Part shown: one piece after another, positions 19,610-31,600 of the stretch
Layout: each line of letters begins with the position of its first letter
How positions within the stretch are numbered: the first letter of the stretch is position 1
Origin: a virus
Taxonomy: Duplodnaviria > Caudoviricetes
Virus record (IMG/VR): IMGVR_UViG_3300017911_002158
Span: 1 to 64,000 of that record
Direction: 5' to 3' (one strand)
Length of the DNA: 64,000 bases
The notes under the pieces: generated by a model
What the model saw: the letters and a program-made list of their open reading frames with translations, nothing else
What the model was told of the DNA's origin: nothing
Databases searched by the model: none
Position numbers and translations under genes: made by a program

Positions 19610-21165
19610 TGAATAAATTCCCTTGTAATACTATATTTATATCTAGATTCATTTGTAACTTCAGAAATCATGATATAATTGCCATGATTTATTTGGTAAA
19701 AACCCCCTACCTGAAGCATTTCTCCACTAACTGCGTCTTTGATATCTTGTACACGAACACCAGAAGAAATGAAAACAGGTAGCTTATCAGCACCAACACT
19801 CTGCATAAGACATCCATTAGGAATATCAGCCTGAACAGTAATCTTATATCTTGGCGCGCTGGTTGATAAACTGGTATATGACAATGAAGGATAATTAAAA
19901 GGCCGATTAGGAACAATATGTTCAACCCTACCAGTAACAGCTGGTCTTTCCTCATATTGACTAGTTATTTTAAATCCCAATAAATCATATTTATTTTTTT
20001 CCTCATATGTCATTTCAAAATCTATTTTACCTGCTGTCGGAAATTCAACAATTCTACTACTAGTCATTTTATAGCAATTTGTTTCATCAAAAGTTCTTAA
20101 ACGAGCGATACCACCGCCAGGGGTTCCAGGTGTTCCAGGTGTTCCAGGGACTTCAGAAGCTGAGCCATCGTCTTCAGAACATGCATATAATAGAGATCGA
20201 TCTCCTGTAAGAGGATAATAAACATAACTCTTAAGAGCATTGTATGTGTCTTTAGCGTTCTCAAAGGAATCGTTATCACTAGTAAATATTTCTTTATTGC
20301 TATTAACTCCTAAAATAGAACCTTTTATCTTAACAGTACCATAGCCTGTTATTTGATCGTATTCTTCTGTTTGTGAAAAATCAATTATTGCCTTATTTGC
20401 AGCAGTTTCCTTTGGAAATATATATAATTCAAAACTAATAGATCCTCCAGATGCTCTTAGTGTTTTTTTTGTATTAGTTGGATAAATCTCAAAATCAGAT
20501 CTATCCATTGCTAATTCATTAATTTTCTTACTTTCAACATAATAACTAGCCATGCCCTCCAAAAAAGAATTAATCTTTGCTTTATGGTTTGTGCTACTAG
20601 AATCACATAGATCGCTGTTATATAAACCAACATCAAGCTGCACATTAAATTTTCCATAATTTTTGATAAACTCACCATTATTATTAATATAAAATTCACT
20701 CATATCACTAAAATCAGAAGAAATAGTTTCTGAATATGATTTAATTATAGTAGACTTATCAAAATAGCTATCAAATGGAATGTTACTAACATGTGGTATT
20801 AATTTTTCTTTTTTATTATTTTTAGTAAGCTCAATAGTTATCGTATAGTTAATGTCAAAAGAACTTCCAGCAGGAGATGCATTAGCATCTATAATTCTAC
20901 CAACAGACCCATCGATATTTTCTAATGTTCCTATATTCAAGCACGATGAATCTAGATTAGTTAAATGAATAGTTGCACAACTACCTATCCTTGCTGTAAG
21001 ATCTTCAATAATCTCTTCATATTTTTCTTTATCTTCAGCATGATGTGTTCCCGCAATCTCTATAGTGAAATATCCACCAATAATATCTTTACCAAAATAA
21101 AAAAATGTTGGAGTGATATTATAACTAGGAGATGGAACAAAATTCAAGCCTCCGATACTGATCAT
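19600..21165 (-). CDS. Tail-tip structural protein (paralog of 21188-22642)
   Basis: Downstream of the TMP; shares the ISIG N-terminus and GR..YTI.(I/L)E segment with its neighbour. Confidence 0.55.
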   Translation of the reverse strand: MISIGGLNFVPSPSYNITPTFFYFGKDIIGGYFTIEIAGTHHAEDKEKYEEIIEDLTARIGSCATIHLTNLDSSCLNIGTLENIDGSVGRIIDANASPAGSSFDINYTITIELTKNNKKEKLIPHVSNIPFDSYFDKSTIIKSYSETISSDFSDMSEFYINNNGEFIKNYGKFNVQLDVGLYNSDLCDSSSTNHKAKINSFLEGMASYYVESKKINELAMDRSDFEIYPTNTKKTLRASGGSISFELYIFPKETAANKAIIDFSQTEEYDQITGYGTVKIKGSILGVNSNKEIFTSDNDSFENAKDTYNALKSYVYYPLTGDRSLLYACSEDDGSASEVPGTPGTPGTPGGGIARLRTFDETNCYKMTSSRIVEFPTAGKIDFEMTYEEKNKYDLLGFKITSQYEERPAVTGRVEHIVPNRPFNYPSLSYTSLSTSAPRYKITVQADIPNGCLMQSVGADKLPVFISSGVRVQDIKDAVSGEMLQVGGFYQINHGNYIMISEVTNESRYKYSITREFIQCQ

Positions 21166-21187
21166 ATTTTTCTTTCTATCTTTCTGA

Positions 21188-22642
21188 TTATGGATATTGT
21201 GTAATTTTTAATGAACAAGAATTATAGTCTTTTACATTAATATTATAGCTAGTAATAACACCACTACCCTGCAATATATCTATGCCACTAAAAACTTGTT
21301 TGGCTTTATCGATAAGACTGATATCAGCCTTTTTATAAATATTTGTTACATCTATCGAATATTCATAATAGTTGCTTTTATATGTATTCATGTCTTGTAC
21401 AATATAACCACTAATATTCCATCCAGGAATTTCATTAACAACTTTAGAAGCACTATGTCTATTAATATTATAATCTACTTTATATCCCAGAGTATCACAG
21501 TTGCCTATGTTTTGTGTTGTTTGTTGTATATCTAAGGTTGCAGAGTTGTCACTAATATTATTTTCTAATGTTATGCTTTTTGTATTATAACATCCAATTT
21601 GATCGAATATTGGAGGATAAAAACTCTCAAATATACATGGCGCATCACGATTTAAATTAACATAAGGAAGATCCTGTGATACTCCACTTAATTTTTCTTG
21701 TGAAATAAAATATTGCATTAAGTCATAAGCAGCATTGTAGCTTTCGTTTGACAGACTAAATGTTTTGTTTTTATTTTGAAAATACTGTGCATTATTTACA
21801 ATACCTTCAGGTAATCCTGTCACAGTATACGCTGCTGTGCCACTCGATCTGTATTGGATATCTCCTTGTGGTCTTTTAAATGTAATTCTATAAGAACGGT
21901 CCCTATAATTCATAAGGTTATTTTCAGATTTTGAAATTTGCTCATCAATCAATAGTACTCCACTAGCATCTGGTGGAAATAAAAGAGTTTTAACTGTTAA
22001 TGATTGCGAACCGTCCGAGGCAGAGCTTTTATTTATAGAATTTATTATATAGAAATTGTAATTTGAATATACGGACCCTGGTATTACTCTTGCCTTTTCT
22101 TCCAAGACCTTGTTGGCATTTTCTATACCGTCACAAGACACCTGCAAACTATAATTATATACAATTGGTTTATTATAATAAATATTTTTTTTTGATGAAG
22201 ACACAGGGATTTGTATTCCTGTTATATCATAAGGGTAATCTATACTCTCTGTTTCTGTTAAAGAATATATTTTGTATTCAGCAAGCCCTGAATATGAGTC
22301 AATAGTTGTTATATCGCCAACAGGATAGGCTTCTAGTACTATGGTGTAAATAAATTGATTAACAAAATCAGAACTGGGATCTGAGCTGAGAGATTTTACT
22401 CTTCCAGTCGTACCACTATTTCCTGGGTATGATAACGCTACTGCTGAGCCATTCAAAAGTTCTATCAAATCATTGTATAGGCCAAGCAAATTGCCAGTAT
22501 GATCTGAATAAAAAACAGTATCCGTAATACTAACAGTATCTATTCTTCCTATGTCATTATCATCAGTATCTTTTTGATATTGAGCACTAATATTTATTGA
22601 TGGTCTATAAAGATCAATATCTCCAATTGATATACTATCCAT
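21188..22642 (-). CDS. Tail-tip structural protein (distal-tail-like; paralog of 19600-21165)
   Basis: Position after the TMP and fibre; beta-rich; similar to its neighbour. Confidence 0.55.
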   Translation of the reverse strand: MDSISIGDIDLYRPSINISAQYQKDTDDNDIGRIDTVSITDTVFYSDHTGNLLGLYNDLIELLNGSAVALSYPGNSGTTGRVKSLSSDPSSDFVNQFIYTIVLEAYPVGDITTIDSYSGLAEYKIYSLTETESIDYPYDITGIQIPVSSSKKNIYYNKPIVYNYSLQVSCDGIENANKVLEEKARVIPGSVYSNYNFYIINSINKSSASDGSQSLTVKTLLFPPDASGVLLIDEQISKSENNLMNYRDRSYRITFKRPQGDIQYRSSGTAAYTVTGLPEGIVNNAQYFQNKNKTFSLSNESYNAAYDLMQYFISQEKLSGVSQDLPYVNLNRDAPCIFESFYPPIFDQIGCYNTKSITLENNISDNSATLDIQQTTQNIGNCDTLGYKVDYNINRHSASKVVNEIPGWNISGYIVQDMNTYKSNYYEYSIDVTNIYKKADISLIDKAKQVFSGIDILQGSGVITSYNINVKDYNSCSLKITQYP

Positions 22643-22660
22643 AATATAATCCTTGTTATG

Positions 22661-25612
22661 TTATACTACATATATGTTACCGCTAATCGTCAATGGAGAA
22701 TTGGCATTAACATAAAATAATCCGCTAGGAGTATCGTGTCTAACACTCCAAGTAACTATTCCACTTGTCACACCTGTATTATTTGTTAGTCCGCTTGTAT
22801 AAGCAACTCCATTAGGATACCAAATCTTAAAAGGAAAGCCTAAATCACAGTCAAACGCATAAGTAAAACCTTTATATAAATATAAATCAGGAGTTTCATC
22901 TAGTCCAGCTCCCTGTGTACCTGCGCCACTAAATATAATCGAGTTTGTACCAGTATTAGTTAAATAAAAGGTCAGTTTTGGATTAGCATAATCAGCAGAA
23001 GTAATATAACCAGTATCATTAATTAAATAACTAACATTATCGATACCACTAGCAAGATATCCAGTGTCATTTACTAATATACTAATATTATCTCCACTAT
23101 GCACAACATCTGTTAATATTCCTGTTACCGATCCGCTATGTGTACTTAATACTAATTCTCCAGAACCATCATAAGAAATGCCAGTAACATATGCTTCTCC
23201 TGTTATATATCCAGCATCGTTTACAAAAATACTAACATTATCACCACTTGATGCAGCCTCAAAACCCCCAAAGCTGGGAGTTCCTTCAAAATTAATAGTG
23301 CCAGTAGTATCGAAAGTAATATAGCTACCTGTAATAACAACTATATTATTTTTAATATATGTAGTATTGTGTCCTGTAGCAACTACATCATTACCTAAGA
23401 TATGAACTCCAGAAAAAGCCGATGTATTACCTTGCCCAATAATGTATACTCCATTATTATCTACATTATTTTGGTATCCTAAAACGGTAGAATTATTGCC
23501 AGAAACATCATTATTAACTCCAACTATGCTAATATTTTCGCCGTATAAACCGTTGTTGTAGCCGACTACAGCAGAATATAAACCGCTATTGCTGTTAGAA
23601 GATCCAACAGTAGTTGAATAGTTTTCGTCTATAGTATTAGAATTGCCTACGACAACAATATGGTCATTACCAGAAGTTGTAAGCTCATTATTATAGCCAA
23701 CAATAGTATTTTCACCACTATTATTAGATGCAATATTAGACAATCCGATCACTGTAATGTTAGCACCATCTCCAGTAATTGCTAAGTTTGAACCTATAAA
23801 GACTGAATTATCTATGCCAGAAAGATTAGAGATATTAACATTGTTTGTGCTCATGCTCAACACATCTTGTTGCACACCAGACTCTAACACCCTAACAAAA
23901 AATCTTGTGTTCTCATTGGAGTCCGATGGGTCTATAACTCTGACGCCATATGAAACGCCAGTGACAGCATTGCCAGAAGAATTATTAAATACAATACTTT
24001 GTTTGTGTTCTGTGCCAGATAATGATATTCTTGTATTAACAACATTAAAATCTGTACCAGTAGAATCTATATAAATACCCGCTCTTTGTTGCTGATCATA
24101 TTTTATTTTAATATAGTTGTTGTCATTGCCAATTAAATATGTGCTATTAGTACCAGTAATATCTGCTCCAGAACCACCAATTAGCCATATGTGAGATCCT
24201 GTGACAGTATGTGCTGTGCCTATTGCCCCAGCATATGAACCACTTTCAATAGTATTTTGATGACCAATATTTATACTACTAGTGCCACAATTTGTACTAT
24301 AATAACCGACACAAACATTGTCTCCTTTATTTGTGTTATTGGCACCAATTATTAATCCTCCAGAAATTGAATTATTTGGTCCAATCTGGATATCTGAATA
24401 TGTTAAAAGACTTACTATTTGTAGTGTTCCATTATTATTAACTAATAATTTAACCAATCCTTCTTCTGATCCGTCTGTTTCATCTGAAGCTTCAGAGATG
24501 ATTCTAGCATAAGTAATATTTTCGTCAGCGCTATTGCTGCCAATAAAATCAATTCTGCCTATGTCTAAACCCTCAGCAAAATCAGGGTCGTTGTTTTGAA
24601 AAGAAAGTGTTGGTATAGATCCACTTGTGGATGTGCTAATTGTTATGCCTTCAATTCCCGTGGTACTAATGTTAAGCAGATCAGATGGTGAATTAGTATT
24701 AATACCAACACTATTAGATGATCCGTCAACGAAAAATGTATTAGAAACCCCATTGGAATTTATAGTAAAATCTATATCTCCAGATTGAATATTAAAAACA
24801 GATCCTGATTCACTAATTTTTACTGCGGCTGTTGATTCTCCACTACCACCAATCCATAAATAATCATCATTATAAAAAAGACCAGCATCATATCCTAGCA
24901 CACCACCATCTGCTAATTGGACTGCTCCATCTGGACCACTAGATGCTGCAGCTTCAGAAATTGGATCTAGTACGATCCAGTTGCTATTTTCTATATCAGA
25001 TATTATTCTAATAAAATCATTCTTTTTACTTAAGGAATATGTTCCTGTTCCATCAATAGTGTCTGTGCCGTCTGCATCAAGAGTAACAGCATCAGTTCTT
25101 TCATTTTCGGAACCGCTTAATGAAGTGATAGTAAGACCTATCACAACAGAGTCTGTTGTAATTTCTGGTAAGGATAAGGTAAGATTTCCAGTAGCATCTA
25201 TAAAATAGGTGCTATTTACATTGGTCAAACCAGTACTACTATTGATTCTTTCATAATTACTGTAATTATTATTTGGCGCTACCACATCGATTGTTACGGC
25301 ACCATACGAAGCAAGAATATTGACCTTGCTATTGTCTCCTTGGCTTGATGATAGTGGTGTTTCTCTATTAAATTGATATAAGCCACCACCCAAAGCAGTT
25401 AAATAACCAATACCGTACTCATAAATACTAGTTTCATTAGCTACAACAAGACTGTAAGCGAATCTTTCTTGTGAGCCAGCTGTTGTATTGACTAAAGAAG
25501 AAATAGAATTATAAGAGGAAACATCGTTAACATTAAAATTTCCTACCCCATAATCTGTTACAGAAGCTGGTGCAGATGCTCGATATCTATAATTAAATAT
25601 TTTATTAGCCAT
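22661..25612 (-). CDS. Tail fibre/spike with YadA-head-like beta-roll repeats and C-terminal cupredoxin-like domain
   Basis: About 14-aa repeats (NTIVGYNNEL, STTVGSSNSN, SAVVGYNNGL, STVLGYQNNV); VGINTNSP; SGDNxSxxxNDxGY repeats. Confidence 0.7.
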   Translation of the reverse strand: MANKIFNYRYRASAPASVTDYGVGNFNVNDVSSYNSISSLVNTTAGSQERFAYSLVVANETSIYEYGIGYLTALGGGLYQFNRETPLSSSQGDNSKVNILASYGAVTIDVVAPNNNYSNYERINSSTGLTNVNSTYFIDATGNLTLSLPEITTDSVVIGLTITSLSGSENERTDAVTLDADGTDTIDGTGTYSLSKKNDFIRIISDIENSNWIVLDPISEAAASSGPDGAVQLADGGVLGYDAGLFYNDDYLWIGGSGESTAAVKISESGSVFNIQSGDIDFTINSNGVSNTFFVDGSSNSVGINTNSPSDLLNISTTGIEGITISTSTSGSIPTLSFQNNDPDFAEGLDIGRIDFIGSNSADENITYARIISEASDETDGSEEGLVKLLVNNNGTLQIVSLLTYSDIQIGPNNSISGGLIIGANNTNKGDNVCVGYYSTNCGTSSINIGHQNTIESGSYAGAIGTAHTVTGSHIWLIGGSGADITGTNSTYLIGNDNNYIKIKYDQQQRAGIYIDSTGTDFNVVNTRISLSGTEHKQSIVFNNSSGNAVTGVSYGVRVIDPSDSNENTRFFVRVLESGVQQDVLSMSTNNVNISNLSGIDNSVFIGSNLAITGDGANITVIGLSNIASNNSGENTIVGYNNELTTSGNDHIVVVGNSNTIDENYSTTVGSSNSNSGLYSAVVGYNNGLYGENISIVGVNNDVSGNNSTVLGYQNNVDNNGVYIIGQGNTSAFSGVHILGNDVVATGHNTTYIKNNIVVITGSYITFDTTGTINFEGTPSFGGFEAASSGDNVSIFVNDAGYITGEAYVTGISYDGSGELVLSTHSGSVTGILTDVVHSGDNISILVNDTGYLASGIDNVSYLINDTGYITSADYANPKLTFYLTNTGTNSIIFSGAGTQGAGLDETPDLYLYKGFTYAFDCDLGFPFKIWYPNGVAYTSGLTNNTGVTSGIVTWSVRHDTPSGLFYVNANSPLTISGNIYVV

Positions 25613-25621
25613 AACTTATTC

Positions 25622-28600
25622 CTATGATAATGTTATTGATGACGATAAGGATGTTGTATTAAATCCAGGATTATCCTGGGCAAGTGCTGTTGCCAAACTA
25701 CTAGTAATTAAAGCAGCAAAACCTTGAAGTCTTGCTTCTATAGCTTCTAAGCCTGCAATATTGACAGTCATAGGTTGCACAGCAATAGATCCTTGTACAT
25801 TAATTGTGCCATTAATTTGCATACCTTGAACAGCTGCTATTAATTCATCGGTTTTGGCTGAAAAACTAGTTACTGCATTATTAAACCTGCCAAAAGAACC
25901 TCCAAGCGTTTGGGCTGTAGTTAATAGTTGTTGTGCTCCATCATTAATTACACCAAAATCTAATTGTGATAATGTTAGTACAGCTTGTGTTAGTGGTCCA
26001 GCGAAAGTACCAAAACTTGTTACACCATTAGTAAATGTCGTAAAATCTATCTGTTGCTCAGCTCCTCCTCTTCCGGTTAATGTATTTGCACCAGTTGATA
26101 AAGCTGATGTTAGAGTTTCCATTTGTCCAACTAAGTCATAAATTGAACTATTAAGATTTGATATTCCATCAAAAGAAGTTCCTATTTCTTGCGTAGGAGC
26201 AGTTATTGGTGATGCTATATCCATTGGTGTTGGCATTGTTGAAATATCTGGTATTGCTTCTGGCGTTACTTTAATATCTCCAGTAATTCTTAGTTCTCCA
26301 TTGCCAGCAGCACTAATGCCTATACCTCCATCAGTACCATCTGCTGCGTATGTTATGCCATTTTTAACCATTCCTCCACGACTTCTATTTAAAGCTTTAA
26401 GAAGTCCTTTATTTCTTCTGGTGGCTTCTGGATTCATAACCATTTCACCGCGACTAAGCATAGCGGGATATCTGTCTGTTCCTTCTGCAAGTGCTTGAAA
26501 ATCTCCAGTAGCTAACCCGCCAGAGGAAAAATATCTAAATCTTACAGGACCATTGCCATTTGGTGAAAATATACTGGCATAGTCTTTTTCATTACTTCTA
26601 GGATCTCCATATCCACCAGTAGGACTATTTACTACAGGTCTATTTGCTGCATCTAAACCAAATCCGTATTCTGTCATTTTCCTGCGTATTTCATATTCTC
26701 TACTAGATGGGTCTAATTGACCACTATCAACCATAGACTGAAGCCCTCTTTTACTATCATGATAAAGGTCTTTAATTTTGTCACTAGGGCTAACATATCC
26801 AGCAAATTTATTTCCAGCATAATAATTTTCATAAAGAGGATCGGTATTTATCATATTGGTAGTAAAACCACCACTAGCAAGATACTTAGGTTTAACAACT
26901 CCACCAGAAGACATAAATCTAAGTGCTCTCTTTAGTATTTCGTCTGGAAGAACAAATTCTCTTTCTTGATTCCTTGAATTTTGATAAAACCGAGACTGAC
27001 CTCCCTCTTTACCAACGTTGTATTTTTGTAGTTGCTTGGTAGGAACATCAACGTAATATGTTGGTAACTTTGCAAGTTCTTCTGGACTGTTCATATTAAT
27101 ATAAGAACTTAATTCTCTCGGAGCATCGGTAAACCATCTACCAGCAGCTTCTGGCGGGTTTGTATCGAACATGTCCCCCATGGTCTTGGATTGTTGTATT
27201 TTTTTCTGCCATTCTGCAAATGAAATCTCTTCACCGTATAGACGTGCTGTTTTAGGAGGCTTATAGTCTCTAGCGGTCTCACCAACCCTGTATAATCTTG
27301 TCATTCCTTCTGGTGTTTCTGGTAGTTGCTCTATATTAGACATCATTTTACCAAAATACTTATCTGCAACAGTGGGTGTTGGTGGCCCAAATGTTTTTGG
27401 TGGTCGTGGTGGTGCTGCAGGTGCGGCAGGTGGAGGTGGAAGTTCGATACTGGCCCTTGGTGGTTTGGTTGCGCCAGCATTAATCTGTGGTTTAGGTCTA
27501 GTTGCTGTTGGAATAAAATCTGTTCCAGTACCCCCGAAACCTTGAGGTTGCTGAACCTTAAACGGAGCAGTACCAGGAATAGGTTCTAGTCCAGTTGGCT
27601 TAGCGGCTGCTTTTGAACTTGTTGTGCTAAGTCCTGATTCAGGAATAATGTCGGTAAGCTTAGTGGTCGCAGGCCTTGTTCCAACAGGGATACCCCTACT
27701 AACCGGAGCGGCTCTTGTTGTGAAGTCTAATGGACTAAATCCATATTGTCTGGGGTCTATCTCAATTCTTCTTCCAGAGGGAGCTTTGCCCTGTGGTGAT
27801 GTTGGCCCTATGAATTCGCCTGGGTCTTTAGCTGTGATTTTTGGTTTTGGTGTTGCTTTTGCCGCTCGTGCTGCTGCTGCCTTTTCACTTGTTTTTAAAC
27901 TTTGTAATGCTGCTTTTTGTGCTCGTGGAGACAGATTAGGCCAAACATCTGCTAATCCAGAATTTTGAACAATTTTTGGTATTCCTGCTGTCTGTGGTTT
28001 ATTGGTTGGTGAGGTTTCTGGAGACTTGACCTGTGGCTTAGACCTAGGTACTGCGCCACGACTACCGCTACCTCTAGTGGAAGGGCCAGTAAGATCAGGC
28101 AATGGAAGTCTAGTATCAGTATTTTGTCCTGCAGTCTTTAATGCGTCAAGTAAAAATCCTTCATCTCCAGTCATAAGTGTAGACCTAATAGCATCATCAG
28201 CTATTTCTGGATTAACTCCTTGTCTAACAAGACTTCGAAAAACTTGATTTTGCTGAGCTAGGCGAGTTGCATTATAAGTCTCTCTTTGTGCCGCCCCTTG
28301 AGCAAAGGCTCTGGCAAATTTACCAGGCTTAAAAAGCTGCTTACCTAAAGCTGGATCTAAGAAACCACCAACAAGTGCCATACCAGGACTACGTTGTTTT
28401 ATTTCCTCCTTTTGTTCATATATATCAGGAGCAACTGATTGTAAAACAGCATCTTGGGCCAAGCTAGTAGCATACCCAGCAGCTCCTCCAATACCTAATG
28501 TGGCTAATAATCCTAAAGAACCACCTCCACTAAAAGGAGCAAATCCTACAGCAGCAGCAGCGACAAGGGTTGGCACGACATTTTCTGCGGCCCCAACACC

Positions 28601-31600
28601 CAAAGCGGCAAGGCCATCCAATGATTCCTTACGACCAGAACCTTGTCTTGGAGTAGTAGTTCCTCTGCGACTCTTTATTCTTCCTCGTGTTCTTGGATTT
28701 TGTGCGGCTATGTTTCTTCTAATTTCATCTAGGGCATTTTGGTTTTTTTCTTCTTGTGTGGGCTGTTGAGCGGGGCGCTTTGGTCTTATTATGTATTTTT
28801 CAAATTCTTTTGGATATTTATCTCTTAAAGATTGAATCTCTTCACTGCTATATTCTGTTTGATAAAAACTGGTTGGTAATCCAGCTTCTCTATCTCTAAC
28901 AAACCTTAGAAATTTTTGTTCTGTTTGTGCTTGCGCTTGAAATTTGACTAAATCTTCAATTTTACGTTTACCTTCAATTCTTCTTGCAACATATTCTGGT
29001 CCGTATAACTGTTCTAATTCTGGTATATTTAATTCTGCAATTGGACGAGCAAAAGTTTCTTTAAGTTGTTCTCTTCTTCTATTATAATCATCTTGTGATT
29101 CTCCGTCTATTTTATATGCTTTATATTCTTTTCTAGTTACAGAAAATGGTTGATTATTTTCTTTGATTTCTTGTTCTTGTTTTCTTTGTTTCTGTAGCTG
29201 TATTCTGTTTGATACTTTTTCTCTTAGTTGTTCTTCTTTTCTATTTTCTTCCTGTTGTTTTATGTCTCTTTCTTTAGATTTTTCTAGTCTAGCTTTTTCT
29301 AATTTTTCTTCTTCTTTTTTTCTTTGCGCTAATCTAATCTCTTTTCGTGTAGTTAATTCTCTATCTATTCTTTCTTTTCTAGACCTTTCAATTTTGCTAT
29401 CTTTAAATTTTTGAAATTCTAGATTATACCCAGCACTACCAATAGGATATTTTTTAGCTGCTTGAGTTTTATAGAAATCTGAATATAATTGTGTTTCTGG
29501 ATCTGGTACTCTAACAGGACCAGCAGGAACAGCTACTCTTCCATCTTCTGTAATGCTTCTCTCTCTTGATTTTTGTCGCTCTAGATTGCGTTCTCTTATT
29601 TTTCTATTTCTCTCTTCAGTGTTTTGGAAAAGATTTCTTTCTCCAGTTTTAGGATCTATGCCATATTTTCTAGCTAGAATATAAATTCTTCTAGGATCAT
29701 TAGTTGATTGAATAAGTTCTTTTTCTTCTGAGTCTGGTAAATCTTTTAGTAATTTTTGTTTGATGCTTTCAGGACTTTGAACGCCGATTTGTTTATAATA
29801 ATCCTTACGATAAGCTGCTTGTTTGTCCTTTATTTGTTGACCATACATCAACAAATAAGCTTGTTTTTTACGTTCAAAATCGATTCTTTGTCTAATTTGT
29901 TTTTTAACTTGTATAGGTAATACCTTTTGAACACCCATACCATATCGTTGTTTATACCAAGCATAAATTGATTTTGGGTCTATATGACCTCCTTCTGGAG
30001 CATATGCAACTCCATTATCAAATGAAGGTGTTCCTCCGTTATTAATTTGTTCTAATAAACCCCTATTCTTTTTAGTTGCTTTAGCATTAACAACAAATTC
30101 ACCCCTGGTTAACATCGCAGGGATAGTATCTGTTCCTTTGGGTTTCATCTCTACATACTTACCCTCTGATGCATATACTATGCCGCCAGACTGCCTATTA
30201 ACAACCCCTCCAGCCCCTCCAGGCTGCCTATTAACAACCCCTCCAGGCTGATTAATTGGTCGTTGTCTTGGGGGTGGTTGCACTGGAGGCTGATTAGGTA
30301 ATCCTGGTATATTATTGATAGCATTTGTAAGATTAACTATACTATTATTAAGTGTCTGATTTGCTTGAACTAAAAACGTTGTGGGCTGAATAAGTTTGCC
30401 TAAAGCGGTATTTGCCTCTTCTTGTATATTAATAGCTCTGTTATAAACATTAATAGCTCGTTTTGTTTCATTATCTTGACCTCTCATTTCAGCAAAAGCT
30501 TGCTCAAACATTGGACCCCAGGTCATGTCGCCCATTAATCCGGTTTGTTCCAAGAAACTTCTAAGTACTGTTTCATATCTTTCATTAAATGCCTTGTTGT
30601 TATCTCCAAAAAAAGCTTTAAGTTCTTTTAGCAAGCTTAAAACATTACCTTTTTGATCTGCTAACGCTCCTGTTCCAGCTCTTGCGATATCAAGGGCATC
30701 TCCTCCTTGCATCGCAGCTTGGAACATAGCCTGTTGTGCAGCAACACTATTTTGTAGTGTGAGCTGTCCTCCAGATATGATATTCTCTAAATCAGCATAA
30801 GTTTGTCTAATTTGTCCAAATTCTTCTGGTGTTGATGTTGCTAGCTTTTCGCCAAAACTTAATTTTTCTTGCGCTCTTGCTTGTATTTCAGAAATTCTAT
30901 TAAGAGCTGCATTAGCTATTTCTGTACTGTTTGCCAATGCCTCAAGTCCTGCTCTATTTTGAGCTAGTTGTAAATCTAGCTCTGCTAATGATTGAGTAAG
31001 TCTCTTAAATTCTTCATTTCTAGAAACATCTCCACTAATAGCATCTCTTCTTGCTACAATTTGTTCTCTTTGTTTAAGTCCTCTTTGTAAATTCTGGAAT
31101 AGTTGTTGAACATCTGTAACTCCACCAGTTTGTTGCGCAACACCAGCTAGAGTGTTACGAATAATATCATTCAGCCCTATTGTTTCTCCACGAGCTTCTC
31201 TAAGTCTTAATGATCCTTCTCTTCTTATATCAGCAGCCCTATTGAAATATTCTCTTTGTTGTAATACTGCTTCTGTTATTTCTTGGATTGCTTGTGAATA
31301 TCCTTTTTGAGCACTAGAAAAAGTATTAGATGCCTGTATCATTACTTCCAAAGCACCTTTGAACTGTGGAAGTTCTGAAACTATTTCTTGTACTCTTTCT
31401 CTTATTTTTGTATCCGGTGCACCTTCACCTAATTCTCCTTGCGCTTTTGTAAATGCTGCACTAAGTTGTTGATCTATGGCCCGTTCAACATCCGCCCCAA
31501 GATTCATGCCGCTAAACATGTTTCTTATTCCAACCCCAATCGCCTTTAATGCTACTCCTCCTTTCTTACCGCTAGATAGTATGCGGTCAGTAACGGCTGC

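Noticed and set aside
20120-20150. 9-bp tandem repeat encoding PGTPGTPG
   Set aside because: A short in-frame linker expansion with no evidence of phase variation.
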